Virus record (IMG/VR): IMGVR_UViG_3300045988_057942
Source of the DNA: a virus
Length of the DNA stretch: 64,000 nucleotides
Reading direction: 5' to 3' (one strand)
The first letter of the stretch is position 1, and every line of letters begins with the position of its first letter. A model generated the notes under the pieces. The model was not told the DNA's origin and did not search any database. It worked only from the letters and a program-made list of their open reading frames with translations. Of the stretch, positions 10,838 to 19,393 are shown one piece after another. The position numbers were made by a program, and so were the translations under genes.

Positions 10838-11284
10838 CTAGCCATTCTGTTCAGCCTCATTATTCTGTTCATTATTCTTACCATCACGTTTAAGACGTTC
10901 TTTAAGAATATGTTCAGATACAGAACCAAGTTTACATTCACTAACATTATAACTTACACCTTTAGCATGAGTAACAGTATATACAATAGGATAATCAATA
11001 TATTTATTATTACCTATTGTACGTTCAACCTTAGTAACTCCAATTCCAGTTACAATACCAACACAAACACCAAGTTTAGTTTGATTATGATATTGATAAG
11101 TATATTCCATATATACTACCTGTCCTTTTTCAAACTTAGCTTGTTCTTCAATATATCTATCTAATAGACCATCAAAAATAAGAGAATCAAAATTATCCAT
11201 TTTAATAATATATCTAAAGTTAATAATATACATACTAAAAAGCCTAGCAATATCTTCACAGACAAAGCTAGGCACAAATAACAT
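10838..11284 (-). CDS. Hypothetical protein (148 aa).
   Basis: ORF. The N-terminal FVCED coincides with the ATCTTCACAGAC repeat. Confidence 0.6.
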   Translation of the reverse strand: MLFVPSFVCEDIARLFSMYIINFRYIIKMDNFDSLIFDGLLDRYIEEQAKFEKGQVVYMEYTYQYHNQTKLGVCVGIVTGIGVTKVERTIGNNKYIDYPIVYTVTHAKGVSYNVSECKLGSVSEHILKERLKRDGKNNEQNNEAEQNG

Positions 11285-11566
11285 ATGAGTTTACACAATC
11301 ACTATTATTACTAATTTCACAATTAATAATAACTAAAATATTAACACCAAATACTTAACCAAAAAGTATTATATGACTAAAACATAACACACTTGGACTA
11401 TAATAATTATCAATAGCACTATCTTCACAGACCATGCTATTAGCACAATTTTAACCAGATTAAAACGGATAAATATTATAGTTTCGGAGTTCAATTCCTC
11501 CATCATCAGCAAGTGAAATAATACTACTATCTTCACAGACCATAGTATCTAAAATGGGATTATTAA

Positions 11567-12118
11567 TTATTTTGTAGCAATTCGTTCTTTTTCTCTACGT
11601 TTAAGTTCTTCTATAAGTTCATTTTCAGTAAAGTGTTTAAGTTTATTTTCATTATCTGTAGTAGGAATAAACATCTTACTTATTTCAATTGATTCTTCTT
11701 CAGAAGTTTTAATAAGATGTTCAGCAATACTATGATTAATAAGAGATTGCGCATCAACAATATCAACAATAATATTTTTAAAACTTTGAGGAAGAACAGC
11801 AATAACATTTTTAAGTTCATCCTTAGATTTAATTACGCTATCCCAACGTCTTACTAACCAATCTATTTGAAAATTATCAAGAGCATATTCAATAACACTT
11901 TCTCTAGTATTACCAAAAGATTCAACATGATGTTTTTCTCTATAAACAAAATCAAATAAACTAATAGCTAAAGCGTATTCTTTACTAGATAAACCTTTAC
12001 CTTTAATAGCTTCACTAAAATCAGCTAATTCTTTACAATATTCACAACTTTTTGATAAATCGGCTTCGTTATGTAATTCAGACATAATACAACTTGCAAA
12101 AATTTCATTATAATTCAT
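11567..12118 (-). CDS. Hypothetical protein (183 aa).
   Basis: Long ORF. Confidence 0.65.
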   Translation of the reverse strand: MNYNEIFASCIMSELHNEADLSKSCEYCKELADFSEAIKGKGLSSKEYALAISLFDFVYREKHHVESFGNTRESVIEYALDNFQIDWLVRRWDSVIKSKDELKNVIAVLPQSFKNIIVDIVDAQSLINHSIAEHLIKTSEEESIEISKMFIPTTDNENKLKHFTENELIEELKRREKERIATK

Positions 12119-12133
12119 AATACAAACATTTAA

Positions 12134-12469
12134 TTAATCGTAATAACCAAAAATATCATTTTCAGGATCAACAGCAGGAGTATCATCAACTGTTGGTTCC
12201 CAAGCAATGTCATCATAATCTTGACTTAGACATTCTGCATGAATTTCAACACCTTCAACATTATTATTGAAACTTGTATCATCTTCAACAAAATAAATAT
12301 CAGTTCTTTCCATAATAATATATTTAAAATAAACTCCGAGTAGAGGATGATTATCATCAATGTATTTAACTCTAAACAAACAAATATAAAACCCTGTAAC
12401 AAAATGGATAAAAATGAATAGCAAATGAAGACTAGCTTTAACTAATTCAACAACACTATCATCCTTCAC
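12134..12469 (-). CDS. Hypothetical protein (111 aa). A GTG start overlaps a GC-motif copy.
   Basis: ORF. The start region contains CATCCTTCACGGGGAGT. Confidence 0.5.
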   Translation of the reverse strand: MKDDSVVELVKASLHLLFIFIHFVTGFYICLFRVKYIDDNHPLLGVYFKYIIMERTDIYFVEDDTSFNNNVEGVEIHAECLSQDYDDIAWEPTVDDTPAVDPENDIFGYYD

Positions 12470-12476
12470 GGGGAGT
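12460..12476 (+). repeat. GC-motif variant CATCCTTCACGGGGAGT.
   Basis: Read directly. Confidence 0.6.
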
Positions 12477-12493
12477 CTATACTACAAACTTAG

Positions 12494-13108
12494 TTAATCA
12501 GGAGATTTAGCTTTATTAAGTTCAGCTTCTGTATCAATCATACTATTAATAACCTTTTGATTATCAGTAGCTACATCAGCATGAGCTTTAACAAGAGCAT
12601 CAATAAATAAATCTTCTGTATATCTATATTCTCTACGAAGACCACCATCAGCAGTAACTCTAAACTTATTCCATAGAAAATCAACATAAGCACCTTTAGA
12701 GTTATTAATCCTACCATCGTCTTCTAAAGTATGAAGAATATTAAGAGAAGTATGACGTCTAAAAGCAGCATTAAACTTAACAATACAAACTACATCAAGA
12801 ATATGCTGAGGAACATTAATTCCAACAGGAACACCACGCTTATCAGTCTTAGCATCTTTAAAATCATTATCTTCTTGACTGACAGTAACAGTTTGTTCAC
12901 CATCTTTTCTAACTTTAACTTTCTTCTTTTTCTTAGGCTTATCAGACTTAGATTGAACAGTTTCAATACTAACAACAGCATTTTCTTGTTTATCCTCTTC
13001 TGGAACAACAAGTCTACCTTCTTGTTTAGCTTCTTCTAAACTTTCAGCCATAGTTTTCTTTCTAGGCTTAGATTGAACATTACTAGTAACATTATCAAAA
13101 TTTACCAT
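12494..13108 (-). CDS. Hypothetical protein (204 aa) with a Lys-rich patch (KPKKKKKVKVRK).
   Basis: Long ORF. Confidence 0.65.
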   Translation of the reverse strand: MVNFDNVTSNVQSKPRKKTMAESLEEAKQEGRLVVPEEDKQENAVVSIETVQSKSDKPKKKKKVKVRKDGEQTVTVSQEDNDFKDAKTDKRGVPVGINVPQHILDVVCIVKFNAAFRRHTSLNILHTLEDDGRINNSKGAYVDFLWNKFRVTADGGLRREYRYTEDLFIDALVKAHADVATDNQKVINSMIDTEAELNKAKSPD

Positions 13109-13109
13109 A

Positions 13110-14327
13110 ACACTTATAAGTTTAAGATTAATATTATTATCAGTAGCAATATTACTCTACTGAACAACACGACAAATATAATAATTAAATATAATACTCC
13201 AAATATATTATAATTTATTTATACTATAATTCTAACTAATAATCAATAGCTATATTAAAATAACTAAAATAGTTATAGCAATAGGAATTAACTTACCACG
13301 AGTATAATAAATATCAATAGTATAAAGAGTATCATTAGTATAAAGAGAATCAGTAATATCAAGAATATTAAGAATATCATTAGTAATACCACCAGTAATA
13401 TTAGCATGACTAGTATTAATAGTCATTATAATACTGATAATATTAATAGTGCTATTATTAGCTAGAACTAATGCTATTAGTCATTATGACTAGAAGTCTT
13501 ATTAGACTTGATAATACTGTTAGAGCTAGTCTTAATAACGATTGTATAACTAATAGTCATGACGAATATCAATGAGATGATAATGATGATGCTATGACTG
13601 AAACTGATAGTGGTATAACTGAAAGTTATAATGAGATGGGAAAGGGAGTTGGAACTAATACTAACAACGATGATATAACTAGAGGTTATAACTAATGGTT
13701 ATGAAGATATAACTAAAGGTTATGAGAGGGAATAAGAGGGAGTTGGAACAATAGGTTTAGATTGATTATTAGGAGTGTTATTAGGAGGATGAAGAGGAGG
13801 AGAAAGAAGAGCAGCAGGACTAGTCTCTTTAGCATGACTATCTCCACACTTATCTCCACATCCATCTCCATCATAATCACTCCCAACTCCACATTCAACC
13901 TCAATTTAACCCTATTTGAACCACATCCATTTCCACCATCTCATTCTCCACGAACTCCACATTCACCACTTTCATCTCCATATCCTCTTTCTCCACATTC
14001 AATACCTCTCGTCACCTTTAATTTCACTTCTATAACTTTTTGTTATGAGAGTAAATCTCCATGACCAATATCAGTATAACAAAATGTTATAAGAGTAAAT
14101 CATCATTAGTAATATCAGTATCAATATCAATCAAGATAGTCATACCAACATCATCTTGTAAAACAAGATGAGTTGTTGTAAGTTCACTAATATAACTAGT
14201 CTTATCATCATTAATAGCGATATTGCCAGCAATATCTTTCGCTGATTCTAGGGTATAATATATATATATAATATACTTCGTATATAATATATATTATAAG
14301 AAAAAAATTTACATGGCATTTATCTAG
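13110..14327. pseudogene. 1.2 kb region without an intact ORF. It is rich in degenerate direct repeats (ggttat/tataact units, gggagttggaac x2, ctccaca units). The minus strand carries frameshifted Cys/Gly-rich coding remnants (ECGxxGYGDESGECG / ECGVGSDYDGDGCGDKCGD). Possible decayed repeat-protein gene or non-coding repeat/ori-like region.
   Basis: No ORF of 100 aa or more on either strand. Translation of the minus strand shows related Cys/Gly motifs in two different frames separated by stops. Confidence 0.4.
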
Positions 14328-14636
14328 TTAATCAGCTTTAGTTTCATCATTACATTCGCTATCGTTATAATCTCGACCAAATATACCACATTCATAATTA
14401 TCAAGACCATCATTAATAGAACGAGCGATACTTTTTAGTTTATCACGAATAACAATTCTATAATCATCAATAACCTTATATACCTGTTCTATATCCTTCG
14501 CATTACCATTAGTGGTTATATTGGTAACAGCAAGAGGAATATCGTTATTAGTAGGATGAAGATTAATAACTTCAACAGAAGTTATAGAATTATCATTCTC
14601 AACTTCAATAGTAGTAATAATACGATGTACTTTCAT
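14328..14636 (-). CDS. Hypothetical small protein (102 aa). First of three tandem genes that each have the conserved upstream repeat.
   Basis: ORF. Conserved 22-nt promoter-like repeat about 95 nt upstream. Confidence 0.6.
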   Translation of the reverse strand: MKVHRIITTIEVENDNSITSVEVINLHPTNNDIPLAVTNITTNGNAKDIEQVYKVIDDYRIVIRDKLKSIARSINDGLDNYECGIFGRDYNDSECNDETKAD

Positions 14637-14651
14637 AATGTTTAATATTAG

Positions 14652-14703
14652 GATAAGACTTATCAGAACTTACAGCTAGTTTATGACTGATAAGACTTAT
14701 CAG
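14652..14703. promoter_or_regulatory. Two copies of the palindrome CTGATAAGaCTTATCAG (14652-14666 partial; 14687-14703 full), 35 nt apart. They lie between the promoter-like repeat and the start of gene 14328-14636; operator-like.
   Basis: Perfect 8+1+8 palindrome read directly. Its position is between the candidate -7 box and the start codon. Confidence 0.45.
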
Positions 14704-14728
14704 ACTGTTAAGTTCGTTTGCTGCAATA

Positions 14729-14750
14729 TATTTAATGTTGATAATGAGCA
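14729..14750 (-). promoter_or_regulatory. Conserved 22-nt repeat, copy 1. Minus-strand sequence TGCTCATTATCAACATTAAATA. A Bacteroidetes-like -7 box (TAnTTTG) follows immediately.
   Basis: Identical 22-mer at 14729, 15659 and 15903. Each copy is followed by TATATTG/TACTTTG/TATTTTG and sits 50-95 nt upstream of a minus-strand ATG. Confidence 0.5.
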
Positions 14751-14840
14751 TTTCGAGGTTGAACACTAGCAACAGCATCAACAAAACTATTGTTGATAAC
14801 ATCAGTGCTACCAACCCGAAGGTCAGTAGCACCATGTTCA

Positions 14841-15590
14841 TTAGAATAGCAAATCGTCATCACTCATTGCAGTAGCAACAAAACTAGCTGCTTTAGCTTT
14901 AGCCTCACGCTTGGCAGCAATGGCAGCACGAGCGTCCTCCATAATCTGCTTGATAAGTACATTATATGCACCAACAAGAACAGGGTCAGCGGGCTGTTCG
15001 ATACCTACAATATGATATACATATCTATCATAATCCACAACATTGTAAAGATTATCTTTACGAGTAAACGGATTACGGTCTTGTACACCAGCAGGTACAA
15101 ACTGGCAAAGAACTTTGACAGCAACACCAGTCAGATACATACTAGCAAAACCAGCTTCAGCAGCTTCGCCAACATAGTTGACAAATCTACCGTAGAACTT
15201 GTCTTTGCGCATTACAAGCAGTATCTGATTGAATGGCATCTGAATAGCACCAAGCATACCCATTCGATGTGTACCATCGGGCATACTTTGAGCACCTTTG
15301 ACAGGACTAGCAATAGTAACAAACGCATTGAGGCAAGAATTGCCATTACGACCTGTACGTTCTTGACAATCAATATTAGTAATGACAGTAGTCATTACAT
15401 AACTATGACCATCAGTACAGATGCGTCTAACAACATCATCAATGGTTTCCACTTGCGCAGAATTTTGGTTATCTGTATCAACAGTAGGTTGAACAGGTTG
15501 GTTAGCACTAGTAGTTGGATTAACTACGTTAACATTCTCGGGAGCAGCAGCACCTTGTGCAGCTTGTGCAAAATCTTTAACGTCTGGCAT
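14841..15590 (-). CDS. Hypothetical protein (~250 aa from MPDVKDF; the track ORF extends to 15686 through the promoter repeat). GC content and codon usage are noticeably higher than its neighbours. The acidic C-terminus is ...SDDDLLF.
   Basis: Long ORF. Compositional contrast is read directly from the sequence. The MPDVKDF start lies 70 nt downstream of the promoter-like repeat. Confidence 0.65.
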   Translation of the reverse strand: MPDVKDFAQAAQGAAAPENVNVVNPTTSANQPVQPTVDTDNQNSAQVETIDDVVRRICTDGHSYVMTTVITNIDCQERTGRNGNSCLNAFVTIASPVKGAQSMPDGTHRMGMLGAIQMPFNQILLVMRKDKFYGRFVNYVGEAAEAGFASMYLTGVAVKVLCQFVPAGVQDRNPFTRKDNLYNVVDYDRYVYHIVGIEQPADPVLVGAYNVLIKQIMEDARAAIAAKREAKAKAASFVATAMSDDDLLF

Positions 15591-15658
15591 GACTATTAAG
15601 TATTTAATTACGCTAATCAGTAGCATTACTGACAGTTGTTTCGATTCAACTGCAAAGT

Positions 15659-15680
15659 ATTTAATGTTGATAATGAGCAA
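15659..15680 (-). promoter_or_regulatory. Conserved 22-nt promoter-like repeat, copy 2.
   Basis: Same 22-mer, followed by TACTTTG on the minus strand. Confidence 0.5.
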
Positions 15681-15687
15681 TACCATC

Positions 15688-15709
15688 TAGTAGAGATTAA
15701 TCTCTACTA
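15688..15709. terminator. Perfect 22-nt palindrome TAGTAGAGATTAATCTCTACTA at the 3' end of the small ORF 15697-15852. Hairpin/terminator or operator.
   Basis: Palindrome read directly. The stop codon of the small ORF lies at its centre. Confidence 0.4.
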
Positions 15710-15852
15710 AGATAACTAACAATAGCCGATAGTATTCCAAATACAACAGCAGTAATTTGTTCATCACTAGTTGGTTCTATCTTCAATGCTAGTATGATAG
15801 CTGGCATCATCAGTATGATTGCAACTAACAACAATGGTTTGTTTGTTCTCAT
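15697..15852 (-). CDS. Small hydrophobic protein (~51 aa; MRTNKPLLLVAIILMMPAIILALKIEPTSDEQITAVVFGILSAIVSYLSRD) with two predicted TM segments. Not in the track (under 60 aa).
   Basis: ATG lies 50 nt downstream of promoter-like repeat copy 3. The ORF is hydrophobic and ends in the palindrome. Confidence 0.4.
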   Translation of the reverse strand: MRTNKPLLLVAIILMMPAIILALKIEPTSDEQITAVVFGILSAIVSYLSRD

Positions 15853-15902
15853 AATGATTAGTGTTAATAGTTAGTAATGTAATGAGATGAATAATCTCAA
15901 AA

Positions 15903-15924
15903 TATTTAATGTTGATAATGAGCA
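15903..15924 (-). promoter_or_regulatory. Conserved 22-nt promoter-like repeat, copy 3.
   Basis: Same 22-mer, followed by TATTTTG. Confidence 0.5.
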
Positions 15925-15950
15925 GGATTATCATTAACTCTATCAACTTT

Positions 15951-16000
15951 AGGCGGGGGTAGTCAATCAAGTTTAACATGACCGGGGGTTATACTCACTA
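15951..16000. repeat. Degenerate GC element pair (GGCGGGGGTAGTCAA ... GACCGGGGGTTATACTCAC), related to the 3' extension of the motif (GGGGRGTCAA / GGGGAGTATAG).
   Basis: Partial similarity read directly. Low confidence. Confidence 0.35.
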
Positions 16001-16167
16001 GCCTCACTATCACATCAATACATTCAATTTTTCAATCATCATCATTATCACTATCATCATCATCATTATCCTTATTATTACATTTATCTTCATTATATTT
16101 ATAACCTTCTTTTTCAATACTATCATTTTCATCTTTATCATCATTATTAATTCTTTTACTTTCATCA

Positions 16168-16923
16168 TTACCAACCCCAATCAATTTTACCAGTATCAAC
16201 TTCTTCTGCTTCAATTATTTCAGTTTCATTATTTTCATTATTTGCTTTATCTACATTATTCTCATTATCATCATATAAATAATCAAGTTCACTTTTATAT
16301 ACTTGTTTATTTTTAATTATAATACAATTATCATCTTTAACTAATCCTATTCTATCTATATAATTAACATTATTATCAAGTTTTATTTTAGAATCATCAA
16401 GTTTACCTTTAGTAATAATTTCATGAAATTTATTAATATCACCTTTAAATATAACTCTAGGATTAACTTCAAACATACTACGTTTATCTGTTCTACGAAT
16501 AATATTAAGTTTTTCTAATGTAACAATAGCATTAGCAAAATCTCGTTTATTACATCCACTTCTAATTCCATTCCTACAAACAGCATCAAATAAATCCTTA
16601 CTAATTTTAACAACATTAGAATTAAAACAAATAGTATAATTAATAAAATAAAAAAGTTCATGAAGAATTATACTTCTTAATTCAACTATTTCTCTCCAAG
16701 CATTAATACCAACATTAGAATAATATCTTTTAATAATTTTACCTGTATCAAAACATTCCATACGTCCAGTACCACATAGATATTTTTTATTATTATTTTT
16801 AACATCAATATCAAAAGTATTAGGTATAATAATACTTCTATCATTAGCTATATCTTTATTAATAGCATCAATAACAAGTTTATTATAAACTCGACTAGGT
16901 TTAAAATCTTCTTTAAAAGTCAT
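16168..16923 (-). CDS. Hypothetical protein (251 aa). The last minus-strand gene before the strand switch. An acidic low-complexity tail follows (16020-16200).
   Basis: Long ORF. Confidence 0.65.
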   Translation of the reverse strand: MTFKEDFKPSRVYNKLVIDAINKDIANDRSIIIPNTFDIDVKNNNKKYLCGTGRMECFDTGKIIKRYYSNVGINAWREIVELRSIILHELFYFINYTICFNSNVVKISKDLFDAVCRNGIRSGCNKRDFANAIVTLEKLNIIRRTDKRSMFEVNPRVIFKGDINKFHEIITKGKLDDSKIKLDNNVNYIDRIGLVKDDNCIIIKNKQVYKSELDYLYDDNENNVDKANNENNETEIIEAEEVDTGKIDWGW

Positions 16924-17169
16924 AACAATAATATTATTAAGTTTAACATAAAAATATATTACTCTAGGAAATTAGCGAAATGTATTCCATAGATGGAACA
17001 ACTTTCGTGCACAAAGGTAGTCATTTTTGCCACTTAATTTGCATACTGATGGAGAATTAGGTATTCAGCATGATACATAATATGTATTATAACTTATTGA
17101 TAATCAATGTATTATAATTACTATAAAGATATATTATATATAGATATATTATATAGATTCGCTGTGACC

Positions 17170-17213
17170 CGCTCCGGACTTTCGTCCTCCGCTATACTCC
17201 CCTTAGAGGATGG
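17170..17213 (-). repeat. Composite GC element. 23-mer GCGGAGGACGAAAGTCCGGAGCG (GAAA-tetraloop hairpin) plus degenerate motif (CTAAGGGG). Shares the 23-mer with 55901-55927.
   Basis: 23-nt identity with 55904-55926 (revcomp), read directly. Confidence 0.7.
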
Positions 17214-17315
17214 ATATAATCAGTACCAATCATATCAAGTTAATCAATACTATAATCATTATTAATATCTCTATTAATATTATCAATATTAATATGATTA
17301 GGTCTAGCTTATCTC

Positions 17316-17338
17316 CATCCTCCACGGGGAGTATGACT
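17316..17338 (+). repeat. GC-motif copy CCATCCTCCACGGGGAGTATGAC. Forms an inverted pair with 17170-17213.
   Basis: Read directly. Confidence 0.7.
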
Positions 17339-17442
17339 TGTACATTTATAATCATATAATCCTCTATGACACAAATGTTAAAAATAGTTTTTCTCTTGGT
17401 AGATTCATTCAAACTCTTACATTTGCTAAAAACAATTAAGTT

Positions 17443-17583
17443 ATGGGTAAAGATAAAAGTGAAACTAAACCTAAATACACTAGAGAATTTCATAGTGGAG
17501 AAAGGAATAAAAAAGAAGTTAAAGTTCCTAGTAAACTTAAACTTGGAAATATTGGTATTGATAGTATTATTAAAACTAAATAA
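17443..17583 (+). CDS. Small basic protein (~46 aa; MGKDKSETKPKYTREFHSGERNKKEVKVPSK...). Not in the track.
   Basis: ATG with an upstream TTTG. First ORF of the plus-strand block. Confidence 0.35.
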   Translation: MGKDKSETKPKYTREFHSGERNKKEVKVPSKLKLGNIGIDSIIKTK

Positions 17584-17592
17584 TTTAGTGTT

Positions 17593-18132
17593 ATGATTGA
17601 AGTTGAAAGTAAATTTAAAGATTTTGGTATTCAAATACCTACTGACATTAGCGAAATAACAAGTGAAGCACTTGACGCTATTCTTACTAATGTAGTTGTT
17701 GCTAAACACTATTGTGTTGTTGCTCTTTGCCAAAATGAAAGTTTGTTTGGTGTTATTAATAATAAAGTTAATACAGTTGAGGTTATGCCAATTATTGCTA
17801 AGATTAGTAAAGAAGATGCTGAACTTATTGGTATGAATCAAATGGATAAGATTATTATTGACCGTTCTACTCTTGAACGTGGTTATCATCTTTATCTTAA
17901 ACATAATGTTCTTAGTCCTCAATTTGTTAATAAGTATATTACTAATGATACTGAACTAACTCGTTCTATTACTGTTGGTACTTTTGGACAAAATCAAGGA
18001 TATAAAAAAGGACAGAAAGTTTGGTTTGTTGAGTTTAAAGTTATAGCTATTAACGATTTAAGAGCTGCTATTACTGATAAACATAAAGCTATTAATCCTT
18101 TTGTTTATCATTCTGCTAAAAAAGCTAATTAG
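17593..18132 (+). CDS. Hypothetical protein (179 aa).
   Basis: ORF. Confidence 0.65.
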   Translation: MIEVESKFKDFGIQIPTDISEITSEALDAILTNVVVAKHYCVVALCQNESLFGVINNKVNTVEVMPIIAKISKEDAELIGMNQMDKIIIDRSTLERGYHLYLKHNVLSPQFVNKYITNDTELTRSITVGTFGQNQGYKKGQKVWFVEFKVIAINDLRAAITDKHKAINPFVYHSAKKAN

Positions 18133-18249
18133 CCATTTCGTCTAAATAATCGAACTCTTCTTAGAACTACTTATGTATAATTTAAAATTATAGATACTTG
18201 TGTTCTTGTTTATAGTAGTAATTTAAGAAGAGTTCTTAAACTTTCAATT

Positions 18250-18816
18250 ATGGATTTTAAGACTAATACTAGTTTTAATATTGCTAATACTAGTTCTCAT
18301 GAAGATTTTGATGATGATTATATTCTTATCTATAAAGATATAAATAATATATTAGATGATATTGGGTTTCAAGGTGATGATAGAATACTTTGTAAATCTA
18401 TTATTGAAAGTCTTGAAAAAGAAGCTAGTATTAATATACGAAAAGATAAATGTGTTGCTATTCCTCATATTGGTACTATTCAAAAGAATTGGTATCGTTC
18501 CAAACTTATTAGTCATTATAAAGACTTTAAAGAAGCTAGAAAAACAATGACTAGAGAAGAGTATAAAGAATATGCTGCTAAAGTTATGGAAGAAGAAAAG
18601 CAAAAACATTATGAAGAAGAAGAAAAGATTAAGACTGAACTTAAGTTTAAAAAGAAACTTCTTCCTATTTGGATTAAACTAAGTAAAAAACATAGTGCTG
18701 CTTATGCTAATCTTTGGTTATATGCTATGGGTAAACTTGAAATTATTGAATTTGATGAAGAAGTAGAAGAAATATATGAACGGTTTGGAATTGGATTGGA
18801 TGCTGACCATAGATGA
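18250..18816 (+). CDS. Hypothetical protein (188 aa).
   Basis: ORF. Confidence 0.65.
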   Translation: MDFKTNTSFNIANTSSHEDFDDDYILIYKDINNILDDIGFQGDDRILCKSIIESLEKEASINIRKDKCVAIPHIGTIQKNWYRSKLISHYKDFKEARKTMTREEYKEYAAKVMEEEKQKHYEEEEKIKTELKFKKKLLPIWIKLSKKHSAAYANLWLYAMGKLEIIEFDEEVEEIYERFGIGLDADHR

Positions 18817-19375
18817 AACTGGTATGCCAAAAGCTCCTACACTTAAACAACTTCTTGATAGAGATGTTAGTCTTCTTTATACTAGAGATAAATCTCCTAA
18901 TAAAGAGATGTATGTTAAAGAAGTTGGAGTTATTTATTATCTTGGTGACCCTAAAGGTCCTTGTTTACAAGAAGGTCTTAGTGAAAAAGAAGCTCTTAAA
19001 AAGGCTATTGAAAACTTTGATTTACCTAAGAATTATCAACCTGATATTCTTGTTTGGAAACTTATTAAAAGATATTATAATCAAAAAGCTGGTGCTGGTA
19101 TGGAAGCTGTACTTAATATTAAGCGTGGTATTCATAATGTTGCTTTAGCTGCTAGCAAATTAAATGAGTTGCTGAATGACAAGTTATCTGATGGTGCTAG
19201 TCTAGAAGATGTTCCAGTTGTTATTGGTTATATGAAACAAATTAATGATTTAGCTAATCAGTTTCCAAACACGATTAAAGCTCTTAATGTAGCTGAAGAA
19301 AATCTTCTGTATGAACAAGAGAATGTTGCTGGTAGAGGTGGTGTTGAAATTACTAGTAGTATGATTGAAGAATAA
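18776..19375 (+). CDS. Hypothetical protein (199 aa).
   Basis: ORF. Confidence 0.65.
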   Translation: MNGLELDWMLTIDETGMPKAPTLKQLLDRDVSLLYTRDKSPNKEMYVKEVGVIYYLGDPKGPCLQEGLSEKEALKKAIENFDLPKNYQPDILVWKLIKRYYNQKAGAGMEAVLNIKRGIHNVALAASKLNELLNDKLSDGASLEDVPVVIGYMKQINDLANQFPNTIKALNVAEENLLYEQENVAGRGGVEITSSMIEE

Positions 19376-19393
19376 ACTGATGCTAATCTACTC

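Larger units (their letters stand above)
16924..17442. promoter_or_regulatory. Divergent strand-switch region. Contains the spacer palindrome TTCCAT-AG-ATGGAA (~16987-17000). Contains an AT-rich direct repeat agatatattatata x2 (~17127-17158). Contains a GC-rich composite element 17161-17213, and an inverted GC-motif copy at 17316-17338 about 110 nt away. Candidate divergent promoters and/or replication origin.
   Basis: Transcription polarity flips here (minus-strand genes to the left, plus-strand genes to the right). The repeats are read directly. Confidence 0.45.

Noticed and set aside
11478-11497. tRNA-like T-arm sequence GGAGTTCAATTCCTCC (matches the GTTCRANYC loop consensus)
   Set aside because: The stem does not pair properly (only 2-3 Watson-Crick pairs). 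No acceptor stem or anticodon arm could be built from the flanks on either strand. No tRNA gene could be supported by eye anywhere in the window.
14605-15979. N-terminal extensions of track ORFs 14605-14841, 14841-15686 and 15767-15979, which all contain LLIINIKY
   Set aside because: The shared peptide comes from read-through of the identical 22-nt non-coding repeat. Real starts are most likely downstream (e.g. MPDVKDF at ~15590; small ORF from ~15852).
17230-17922. Track ORF 17230-17922 (minus, 230 aa), and the many 60-160 aa antisense ORFs (e.g. 1411-1707, 2353-2835, 15012-15599, 25371-26105)
   Set aside because: Low-complexity Ile/Asn/Phe/Leu-rich translations that overlap strong same-locus genes on the opposite strand. 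This is the expected artefact of an AT-rich genome.
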